This document shows positions 39,381 to 47,895 of a stretch of DNA of 64,000 nt, piece after piece. The stretch covers positions 25,265-89,264 of the forward strand of contig CAJVYQ010000005.1 in the NCBI GenBank assembly GCA_913009825.1. The letters are read 5' to 3'. The notes under the pieces were generated by a model that had not been told where the DNA came from, made no database searches, and saw only the letters and a program-made list of their open reading frames with translations. Numbering within the stretch: position 1 is the first letter of the stretch; each line of letters opens with the position of its first letter. The position numbers and the translations under genes are program-made. This stretch comes from an uncultured Deferribacteres bacterium (GTDB lineage: Bacteria > Zhuqueibacterota > JdFR-76 > DREG01).

Positions 39381-40619
39381 TCAATTTCCGGCAATAATAT
39401 CTGCCAGAACATGGACAATTCTTTCCGCAGCATTTCCGTCCCAATATTTTATTTTAGCCGGACGGACGTGATTTAGTTTCAGCATATTTTGCGCATCTGC
39501 AACAATTGCTTCCCGGCGTAAAGGGACCAGTTTATTCGTACCCGCGCGGATTGTAATTGGGCGTTCCGTATTAGGCCGCAGTGTGAGACAGGGCACACCG
39601 AGATAACTGGTTTCTTCCTGTATGCCGCCGGAATCGGTAAGCACCAGCGCCGCCCTGGTCTGTAGATGAAGAAAATCCAAATACCCGATTGGCTCTGTAA
39701 ACAGAATCTCACTGCTATCAATTTTACGGCGCAAAGATTCACCCGACTGGGCTAACAATTTCCTCGTCCGGGGATGTACCGGAAAAATCACGGGGATTTC
39801 TTTGCTGATTTCCGTCAGGGCAGTTACGATGGCCGTCAACATCGGTGGATCATCTACATTACTGGGCCGGTGCAGCGTAACCAGGGCATATCGCCGGATG
39901 CTTCCGTTCCCGTCACGATGGGCTGCCAATTCGTCCAAAATAGTGGACTTCTCAGATCTGTTCAGATAAAATTGCAGAGAATCGATCATCACATTTCCGA
40001 CGAAAAATATCTTGCGTGTATCGAAACCCTCTGCAATCAGATTCTCATCACCGTCGACGCATGTGGTAAATAACAGATCGGACAGAGAATCCGTAATAGT
40101 GCGATTAATTTCTTCCGGCATGTCGGAATCAAAGCTGCGCAGCCCCGCTTCCACATGGGCAATCAGAGGCCGGTCGTTCGACTGTTTCTTTGATTGTTGT
40201 AGAGCTGTAATATTACGGGAAGCAATGTATTGGTCATAATTTGTCCAACATTTATGTAACCGGTCTGAACCATATCGAATTTTTGCCGCTGTTAAAGAAC
40301 AAGCAAGAGTTGAATTTACATCCCCGACTAAAATCAATAATTCCGGTTTGAGCCGCTCGAGTTCCCGCTCAAACTTTTTCATTACTTCGGCGGTCTGAAC
40401 CGCATGGCTGCCGGAACCAACTCCCAGATAAATATGAGGTTTGGGTAGTTCCAGATCGTCAAAAAATATTTTCGACATCTTTTCATCGTAATGCTGGCCT
40501 GTATGCAGAATGATCGGTTCGAACAGCTCCGCGTATTTTTTCATCTCCTTGTAAATAGGCGCTATTTTCATAAAATTCGGCCGCGCGCCGACGATAAGAA
40601 ATATTCTTCGTTTGGGCAT
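39381..40619 (-). CDS. wecB: UDP-N-acetylglucosamine 2-epimerase (non-hydrolysing; WecB/WbpI family)
   Basis: VGARPNFMK, HTGQHYD, VGDVNST, HVEAGLRS, MPEEINR, TDSGGIQEE. Confidence 0.93.
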   Translation of the reverse strand: MPKRRIFLIVGARPNFMKIAPIYKEMKKYAELFEPIILHTGQHYDEKMSKIFFDDLELPKPHIYLGVGSGSHAVQTAEVMKKFERELERLKPELLILVGDVNSTLACSLTAAKIRYGSDRLHKCWTNYDQYIASRNITALQQSKKQSNDRPLIAHVEAGLRSFDSDMPEEINRTITDSLSDLLFTTCVDGDENLIAEGFDTRKIFFVGNVMIDSLQFYLNRSEKSTILDELAAHRDGNGSIRRYALVTLHRPSNVDDPPMLTAIVTALTEISKEIPVIFPVHPRTRKLLAQSGESLRRKIDSSEILFTEPIGYLDFLHLQTRAALVLTDSGGIQEETSYLGVPCLTLRPNTERPITIRAGTNKLVPLRREAIVADAQNMLKLNHVRPAKIKYWDGNAAERIVHVLADIIAGN

Positions 40620-40637
40620 AGGGTACTCTTTCTTTTT

Positions 40638-40783
40638 GTAACTCTTATTGTTTGATATGCAGGAAGCCTTCGACCGAGTTTATCCCGAGCTTGATGGAAG
40701 GGCTCAGGCCGGCTTAAATAGCCATGCTTAGCGGTGTCGAAACGTGATTACAGCTAATTCACAGAGCATACCTGAGTAGTTAC
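40638..40783. mobile_element. MITE of the GTAACTAYTCAG family with a REP-like core
   Basis: Ends in cctgagtagttac; body is the reverse complement of 53688-53843 and 46775-46949. Confidence 0.75.
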
Positions 40784-40922
40784 TAATTCCTCTAAAAATT
40801 AACTTCCCGTCCCCTTAAGTCAACAACATTGGGGGAGAAGTACGGGTGTCTAAAAAAACTGAAAAACAAAAATAAGCCTTACAGAAAATCAAATAACCCG
40901 GTGATTGGTTACGCACACCTCA

Positions 40923-42566
40923 TCATTTTCCATCAACCCGTTTAACCGGTTTGTCTTCATCCCAATCCAGACATTTCAGCACGCCGGGCTTAACTTCCCG
41001 GTAGCGCCACCCACTTTTCGGGCAAATCATGATTCCTTTTTCATCCTGTTCAGGCAACCTGGCGCCGTGACGACTTATCCAGCCGATTCTGCGCGCCGGC
41101 ACGCCGGCCATCAGCGCATACCCGGGCACATCTTTTGTCACCACCGCACCGGCGGCGATGAAAGCAAATCGACCGATAGTGTTGCCGCAGACAATGGTGG
41201 CATTGGCACCGATGGATGCGCCGTACTTCACCAGCGTTTCGTTATAAAATTCAGCGCCGCGCTGCGGGAATTCACAGCGCGGTTCCATGATATTGGTAAA
41301 AACCATGGATGGGCCGCAAAATACGTAATCCTCTAATTCCACACCTTCGTAAACAGAAACATTGTTTTGTATTTTGCAATAATTACCAATTTTTACGTGA
41401 TTGCCTAAGTTTACATTCTGTCCCAGCGTGCAATTTTTACCAATTTCCGAACCGCCTTGTACGTGCGAAAAATGCCATATTTTTGTCCCGGCGCCGATTT
41501 TCACACCTTCATCCACAATCGCCAGGGGATGGATGAAATAGCCGGTTTTATCTTCCTTTTCAATCCCGGACTTTTCCACACTTCGGTTCAATTTGCCGTT
41601 CATGCTCTTCGTTGCGCTCTCTAAAATATCAAGCACTTCAACCCCATTCCGGCCGTCGGCGATTTCGATGGGAGCGCCATCCAGATGGTCAACAAAATAT
41701 TTCATCTCTTCGGTCAACGCCATCGCCGGATTATAAGGGATCACATCTGTCGGACCGTCCCGTTTTATCGGTTCACCCTTTATCCAATCGATCCCTTTTT
41801 CATAGAACAAAATCTGCTTTTCCCGGCTGGAATCTTCAAAAGAGAGCATCCCTCTCGAACCGATCACGACCAGACGCTGTTCTTTAAACGGATGCAGCCA
41901 GCTCACAAAAATATGCGCCACAATGTTACCTGGATATTTCAAGGTGGTTAACGTAGTATCATCAATATCCGGCTGTAAAAAAGCACCGCCGCGAGAAAGG
42001 ATCTCGACCGGATTTGCTCCGATCAAGTATTGAAAAATGGAAATATCGTGGGGCGCAAAACTCCATAATATATTTTCTTCCGTCCGAACCGTGCCCAGAT
42101 TGAGGCGATTGCTGTAGAGATATTGCAGCCGGCCGATTTTGCCGTTATCGATCCATTCTTTAATTTTCCGAATTGCAGGATGAAAAAGTAAAACATGCCC
42201 CACCATCAGGTTAACCTGATGGTCTTCCGCCGTTTTTTTCAGTTTCCGGGCTTCAGCGGCAGTCAGGGCCAGCGGTTTTTCCACTAATACATGATTTTTA
42301 TGTTCAAGTAAAAAAGAGGCAATCTCAAAATGTGTCTCCGCAGGCGTGGCCACGGTGAAACCGTCAAAGTCAGTCTCGATCGCATCCCGGTAATTCCTGA
42401 ACATCTCAACGTCCGGGTATCGTTGGGAAAATTCGGTGTTAATCTTATCATCCTGTTCGACAATACCGCCAAGACAGCCCAGCGAATGCAGGGTTTTGAT
42501 ATGATTTCTCCCCCATCTTCCGGCGCCGATGGTACAAACTCTCATTTTTTTTATCGATTCACTCAT
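40923..42566 (-). CDS. Fused Gfo/Idh/MocA oxidoreductase (WbpB/WlbA-like) and hexapeptide N-acetyltransferase (WbpD/WlbB-like)
   Basis: IGAGRWG, VEKP, MVGH, FAPHD; then KIWHFSH, CKIQNNVSVYEGV, FCGPSMVFTN, GVPARRIGW; start moved to 42566 because the upstream ORF part lies in a MITE. Confidence 0.88.
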   Translation of the reverse strand: MSESIKKMRVCTIGAGRWGRNHIKTLHSLGCLGGIVEQDDKINTEFSQRYPDVEMFRNYRDAIETDFDGFTVATPAETHFEIASFLLEHKNHVLVEKPLALTAAEARKLKKTAEDHQVNLMVGHVLLFHPAIRKIKEWIDNGKIGRLQYLYSNRLNLGTVRTEENILWSFAPHDISIFQYLIGANPVEILSRGGAFLQPDIDDTTLTTLKYPGNIVAHIFVSWLHPFKEQRLVVIGSRGMLSFEDSSREKQILFYEKGIDWIKGEPIKRDGPTDVIPYNPAMALTEEMKYFVDHLDGAPIEIADGRNGVEVLDILESATKSMNGKLNRSVEKSGIEKEDKTGYFIHPLAIVDEGVKIGAGTKIWHFSHVQGGSEIGKNCTLGQNVNLGNHVKIGNYCKIQNNVSVYEGVELEDYVFCGPSMVFTNIMEPRCEFPQRGAEFYNETLVKYGASIGANATIVCGNTIGRFAFIAAGAVVTKDVPGYALMAGVPARRIGWISRHGARLPEQDEKGIMICPKSGWRYREVKPGVLKCLDWDEDKPVKRVDGK

Positions 42567-42589
42567 CACTCCATCCTTTTCGATATTTT

Positions 42590-42832
42590 GTAACACTTTA
42601 GTCCTTTGAAAATAACTTATTTTTGACGAGAAGAAACAAGTAGACCCTTCAACTTCATCCCGATAAAAACCATCGGAACACGCGTTCAGAGTGACAACCT
42701 CTAAAACCATGCCATGTTGAACGCGTGTCCGCCGCAGGCGGGAAGTTCCGGGGGTTTTTGTCGGGACGGAGTCGAAAAAATCTACATCATATAAGAAAAT
42801 GAATTAACAATTTCAAAAAACTAAAGTGATAC
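42590..42832. mobile_element. MITE GTAACACTTTAG...CTAAAGTGATAC
   Basis: TIR; 8-bp TSD GATATTTT (42582-42589 / 42833-42840). Confidence 0.85.
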
Positions 42833-42840
42833 GATATTTT

Positions 42841-43179
42841 TTAAATCGGAATATTCTTTATGGTTTTATAAGCGACCGGATCCAGCAACAACGCCGCGTT
42901 TATGGTTTGCTGATACGACGCGTACGCCTGCCGGCCATCGATCAGAGAAGCAATTACTTCCCGCAATCGCAAACACTCGGAAAGCTTCCTATTCCATTTG
43001 GGATCGGCTATGATATAATCCAGCAGAATAACAGCCCGATAAAGGTGGTTTTTAGCAGTCTGCGGAGTGCTTTTTGAAAAATTTTTTGCTTTGTTCAGAT
43101 CGCTGACCAGATGCAACACCTGTGTCGCTGCAGGGAAGGATGAGAACCTGAATTTTAAATTTTTATACCAGTTCTTCAT
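42841..43179 (-). CDS. Hypothetical helical protein, partner of DUF5674
   Basis: Overlaps the DUF5674 stop; 112 aa. Confidence 0.65.
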   Translation of the reverse strand: MKNWYKNLKFRFSSFPAATQVLHLVSDLNKAKNFSKSTPQTAKNHLYRAVILLDYIIADPKWNRKLSECLRLREVIASLIDGRQAYASYQQTINAALLLDPVAYKTIKNIPI

Positions 43180-43588
43180 TTGCCCTTAAAATATTTTCTT
43201 CTACAATACGCTTGATTTTATCACGAATTTCAGAATCAAGTAATTCTATACCGGGATTGTTCTGATGCGGGCGAATGTTAATCAACGCCGTAAACTCTAT
43301 TCTTTTTCCCGGATACTGCCGGGGATAGAAATTTACACCCCACAAATCTTCCTGCATACTCCCTTCCTGCAGCAGCATCTCTTCCCCATCTGCATGCAAA
43401 TCGCCGCCAACGGCAATTCTTTTCCGCTCGATATCTACCACCAATTTTACCATGTCGCCAAACCAGGCGTTACATAAGGAACGTAATGCCTGTGCCGATA
43501 TCTTATCGCCGATAATTTGGATCGATTGATCATGCAACGGAAAGTCCTGAATTTTACGCCTGCGTTTCCCACAAGCAGGCACTTTCAT
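43163..43588 (-). CDS. DUF5674-like protein
   Basis: MVKLVVDI...HADGE..LL..GS.QEDLWGVN...ALINIRP. Confidence 0.8.
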   Translation of the reverse strand: MKVPACGKRRRKIQDFPLHDQSIQIIGDKISAQALRSLCNAWFGDMVKLVVDIERKRIAVGGDLHADGEEMLLQEGSMQEDLWGVNFYPRQYPGKRIEFTALINIRPHQNNPGIELLDSEIRDKIKRIVEENILRANEELV

Positions 43589-44097
43589 CCCAGCTTGCGC
43601 AACAGGCCGGGATCGATTTCCACAGATAAAGATTGACGAATGGCATCAATGGTGATGACAAACCGGCGCTTGTTTCTCTTCTCTATCAATTTTCCTTTGA
43701 TGCCGGCAAACGTACCTTGAGTGACCTCGACAGCATCTCCATATTGTAGATAATCGCACGGCCCAACAGAGGCGCCTCCCTCCATCAATCTCCGGATCGA
43801 GTCGATCTGATCATCCGGGATAACAGATGGTTTACCGCCAAACCTGACCATGCGCACAACCCCGTCCACACGCAGAGAACTGATCCGATCCCGGGGAGAC
43901 ACGTGGACAAATACATAGCCGCGAAACAAAGGTTCTTTTATTTTTTTCTTCCGGTCACTCCATTGCCGAATAACCGTTTGCAAAGGAAGATAAGTTTCGA
44001 TCTCTTTTTCATCCAATTGCACCTCTACCTTTTTTTCAAAGCGCGGCCGGGTGTAAAGGGCGTACCAATTCAACTTAGTTTCAGCTTGTTCCAACAA
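43585..44097 (-). CDS. upxY: UpxY-family (NusG paralog) transcription antiterminator
   Basis: WYALYTRPRFEKKV, WSDRKKK, PLFRGYVFV, KOW motif GDAVEVTQGTFAG; TTG start with RBS. Confidence 0.92.
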   Translation of the reverse strand: MLEQAETKLNWYALYTRPRFEKKVEVQLDEKEIETYLPLQTVIRQWSDRKKKIKEPLFRGYVFVHVSPRDRISSLRVDGVVRMVRFGGKPSVIPDDQIDSIRRLMEGGASVGPCDYLQYGDAVEVTQGTFAGIKGKLIEKRNKRRFVITIDAIRQSLSVEIDPGLLRKLG

Positions 44098-44125
44098 TTA
44101 ACCAAATCCTTCCCGGAAAATGAAT

Positions 44126-44139
44126 TTTACAGCTCCGCC
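44126..44139 (-). promoter_or_regulatory. ops-like motif GGCGGAGCTGTAAA in the upxY leader
   Basis: 28 nt upstream of the upxY start; resembles the RfaH ops GGCGGTAG; second copy at 38143. Confidence 0.5.
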
Positions 44140-44425
44140 CTGTCAGTCCCACAAAACGGCACGATTATAAAAAAACAGAGAAATTGACCCATTAAATCAA
44201 TTTGCCGAAAGCAATCCTGCTAAATTCCAAAAGATAATTTCAGATATTCTGAATAAAGAGTAAGAAGACAGGAATCGGGATTGCAAAATCTGATTTGAGT
44301 ACCACATACTACCTTTAAGACTTCGCTTTCAATCATACACTATCAAACAGAACCGGCCTTGCAGCAAGACTTCGACATCAATAAATGAATGGTTCAAATA
44401 AAATAACAAGTACAGAAAAACAGAA

Positions 44426-46741
44426 TTATATCTGATGAACAGAATGACTGTGTTTTTTATGCCGGCTTTTACTTTTGCGTTTCTTCTTCTTTCTGCCGTC
44501 TTCCGCGCCGTAGTAATAATAGTAATAGTAATAATAGTAATAGGAACCGTACATGTAGCCGGAAGACACATCGTTCAGTAAACTTCCCAATAAAGAGGCC
44601 TTCACATTTTCCAGCAATTCATGCGCCCGGATTGCCGCATCCTGATCGGTTATTTCCGAACGCAGCACCAAAATGACACCGTCCACTTTGGGCGCCAGCA
44701 CAAGGGCGTCCGTAACCGCAATGAGGGGCGGTGAGTCGAAAAAGACATAATCATAGTTTTGCGACAAGTCCTGAATTAATTGTTCCATTCTTTGCGAAGC
44801 CAATACCTCCGATGGGTTCGGCGGCAAAATTCCGGTTGTAATCAAATCAAGGTTTTCCACTCCGGTTGTTTTAATTATCTCATCCAGGGATGCCCTTCCC
44901 ACCAGATAATTGGACAGCCCTGTTTCCCGTTTCAAACTAAACAGGTTATGCAAAACGGGACGGCGTAAATCCGCATCCACAAGTATAGTTTTTGAACCCA
45001 TCTGCGCCACGGAGATGGCTAAATTGGTTACAGACGTAGATTTACCTTCGCCCGGTCCGGGGCTCGAAACCAGAATCGTTCGCGGCGGATTGTCTGCCTT
45101 CGAATACTGAATTTGGGTGCGCAGAGAGCGGTAAGCCTCTGAAATGGGCGATTTCGGCTTCAGATGAGTAATTAATCGATCTGCAATTTCACCCTGTTCG
45201 GATCTTCTGCGTCCCTTCGATTTTTTCACCGTAAAAATAGCCGGTTTCCAGAAGCCGTTACTATCATCCGGTTTGATCTCCGGTATGGAACCTAAGAACG
45301 GCAATTTGATACGCTCCAGGTCTTCCACGGTTCGGATAGAATTATCCAGATATTCCAGGAAAAAAGTAATGCCGACCCCAAGACCCAAGCCGATTAATAC
45401 TCCCAAAATCAGATTCATTTTTTTCTTCGGAGAAATCGGTGTTCTGGGTGGAACAGCCACATCAACAATTTTGATTTTTCCAATCTGTCCCGCACGGGTT
45501 ATGCGTGATTCTTCATATTTCTCTTTCATCATTAAATAGATATTTTCGTTAAGCTGACGCGCACGCTCTAATCGAGCTAACTCCATACTTTTGTCCGGCA
45601 AGGTATCCAATTTTTTACTGTATTGATCTACAATCTCTTTCAATTTTTCTACACGGGAAGAATTTGCTTCGATCTCAGTTTCTGCTTCAATAATTTTTGT
45701 CACCAGTTCCTGATACGGTTGCAAAGGGTCGTCAACCGGAATTTTACTGCGTAATATTTTACCGACTTCTCCCTTTAATTCTTTTTTTAAAGCATTAATA
45801 TCTTTTTTCATCTTTTTCATATTAGGAAAATTCTCATTCACGCCTTCAATTTTATATTCGATATATCTGGCTTCTTTTTCAGCGATTCGCTCCCTTAATT
45901 GTCTTATATAAGGCGTAGCAATTTGGGAAAGATCATTTTCAAGTGATTCTCTTCTGTCACCGAGTTGCGATTTTAAATAATTTAGCCTGGTTTGGTAAGT
46001 CTTCAATTCAATATCAGCAGTATTGTAGGCAGTCTGAAATTCCACAACTTGATCGACCATTCTCTGAGTTTCTTCGGGCAATGCGACAATACCCGTATTC
46101 TGTTGAAATTGGCGCAAAGCTTCCTCAGAATTTTTCAGATCTTTTGATTTTTGAGATAATTGCTTATCTAAAAAATTTACGACTTCACTTATTTCCCCTC
46201 TGCTTTGGTTTCTGTCTAAAACCTGATACCCATGGGCAATTTTATTTGTTAAAAAAGCCGCCTCCCAACCGGATGGCGCTTTCATCTTTATTTTGATAAT
46301 ATCCGTATCTCTGACGGGAGAAATAGATAAATTCCTTCGGATACGAGCGACTCCCAATACCCGATAATTCACAGGACCTTTAGCTTTTTCAACATAAAAA
46401 AGTTTTAACGAATCTTTCTCAGGAGAATTAAAAAGATCATCAACGACTTTTCCCGCAAGAGATCTGCTTTTGAGAATTTCAACCTGATTATTTATTTCTG
46501 TCATTTGTTTGCCAAAAGGAGTAACACCAAAAAGGGTATTTTCGATCCCTCCTTTCTGACTTATAATAACAGAAGATTCCGCCTCGTACACCGGCGGCGT
46601 GGTGAAAGTAAAATAGGCTGTAGCGGCAACAACAATAATAAACGAAAAAATGATAATCCATTTTCCCCCGTACAGCACCCGAAGATAATCCGTTAACCGT
46701 ACCGGCTTTTCTTCTAATTGATTATTCCATGATTCCTGCAA
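44426..46741 (-). CDS. wzc: Wzc-type polysaccharide co-polymerase/tyrosine autokinase
   Basis: Two TM segments, coiled coil, PISPKK, EAYRSLRT, GEGKST, DADLRRP, DSPP, C-terminal Tyr cluster. Confidence 0.93.
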   Translation of the reverse strand: MQESWNNQLEEKPVRLTDYLRVLYGGKWIIIFSFIIVVAATAYFTFTTPPVYEAESSVIISQKGGIENTLFGVTPFGKQMTEINNQVEILKSRSLAGKVVDDLFNSPEKDSLKLFYVEKAKGPVNYRVLGVARIRRNLSISPVRDTDIIKIKMKAPSGWEAAFLTNKIAHGYQVLDRNQSRGEISEVVNFLDKQLSQKSKDLKNSEEALRQFQQNTGIVALPEETQRMVDQVVEFQTAYNTADIELKTYQTRLNYLKSQLGDRRESLENDLSQIATPYIRQLRERIAEKEARYIEYKIEGVNENFPNMKKMKKDINALKKELKGEVGKILRSKIPVDDPLQPYQELVTKIIEAETEIEANSSRVEKLKEIVDQYSKKLDTLPDKSMELARLERARQLNENIYLMMKEKYEESRITRAGQIGKIKIVDVAVPPRTPISPKKKMNLILGVLIGLGLGVGITFFLEYLDNSIRTVEDLERIKLPFLGSIPEIKPDDSNGFWKPAIFTVKKSKGRRRSEQGEIADRLITHLKPKSPISEAYRSLRTQIQYSKADNPPRTILVSSPGPGEGKSTSVTNLAISVAQMGSKTILVDADLRRPVLHNLFSLKRETGLSNYLVGRASLDEIIKTTGVENLDLITTGILPPNPSEVLASQRMEQLIQDLSQNYDYVFFDSPPLIAVTDALVLAPKVDGVILVLRSEITDQDAAIRAHELLENVKASLLGSLLNDVSSGYMYGSYYYYYYYYYYYGAEDGRKKKKRKSKSRHKKHSHSVHQI

Positions 46742-46774
46742 GAATATTCTCCTCCGATTAATCTAAAAAATTTA

Positions 46775-46949
46775 GTGACTACTCAGGTATACTCTCCAAT
46801 TTAGCTGTAATCACGCTTTGATTCCCTGCCCGCAACAGGCAGGCGCTCAGCATGGCTATATAAGCCAGCCTGAACCCTTCGTCAAGCTAAGGATAAACTC
46901 AGTCGAAGGCTTTCTGCGCATCGAACAATAAGCATACCTTAGTAATTAA
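46775..46949. mobile_element. MITE of the GTAACTAYTCAG family with a 19-bp insertion
   Basis: Aligns with 53688-53843 plus extra cctgcccgcaacaggcagg at 46825-46843. Confidence 0.75.
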
Positions 46950-47135
46950 ATAAATAAAATATGTAAAAATCACATGCAATCCGAGATGTTCCATATTAAT
47001 ACGAACTAATAATATTAGGAAATAATTATTTCAAAATCAAGTGTAATTTACTGCATAAATGTAACAAATATTTATGGAATTTTACCATCTTGAAACATTA
47101 TTCCCTGTAATAAATTAGCAGAAAAATATTATATA

Positions 47136-47698
47136 GCGGCTGAACAAAAAGTATCTAAATTAGTAACTATTCAGCCACAAAGTCTCCCTGCCTGCATCGG
47201 GCAGGGAAGGCACTAAGATACATAAAGAAAAAGAAATTAGGCAACTATTCAGGTTGCCCGCTAATATCGCTAAAAAACGAGAATCGTTAACTATTTTGTC
47301 CTATTCGTATGATTTCGTGTAATTCGCGGGCTGAACAGGCAGACGATTTTTTCAATTTCTCTGCGCCCTCCGCGTCTCTGCGTTAAAAAAACAGGCGCTT
47401 TAAAACGCAGAGACGCAGAGAGCGCAAAGGAAGCGGTTTTGTTCAAAAAACTAAAGTGTTACGGTATTGTCACTACTCAGGCAGCCCGCGAAAGACTCAA
47501 AAAAAACAGGAAAAAAGTTAGATGAGATCTTTCGATTGTTTCGTGTGCTTTCTGCCTGTGTCAGACAGACGTGAGCTGAATAGTTACCTAAATTATATAT
47601 CAAACATCTTGTTTGAATTATAATCTTATTGAAAAGCAGGAAACTAAACAGTTTATAAAACAAGCAAGATGCATGTTTTCCACTTTTCGTTAAGACAC
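47136..47698. mobile_element. Nested MITE complex: 130-bp element interrupted by a 425-bp GTAACTATTCAG...CTGAATAGTTAC element (47163-47587)
   Basis: Outer halves match 38630-38759; inner element has an 8-bp TSD CTAAATTA. Confidence 0.85.
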
Positions 47699-47895
47699 TA
47701 TAATTACCGCAGTTCAAAAACAAATAGAAGATAAAAGAATCAGATACAATAATGATTAATCATGAATGATTCTGTTTATTAATTTAATTTCCAAAGTTTC
47801 CCCGGGGGTGGTTGTCTCAAGTACAGAATCATTCAATTTAGGATTGACTAAAATGTAAAATTTTTCACATTAAAAGCACCCAAAAAACATTCGCA

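Noticed and set aside
42567-42710. N-terminal extensions of ORFs 40923-42710, 53848-54756 and 27692-28159
   Set aside because: Extensions run through MITE or intergenic DNA; family-like sequence starts at 42566, 54456 and 28024
47451-47723. ORFs 47451-47723 and 38536-38724 sharing the peptide FYKLFSFLLFNKIIIQTRCLIYNL
   Set aside because: The shared peptide is translation of the 130-bp MITE, not a protein family
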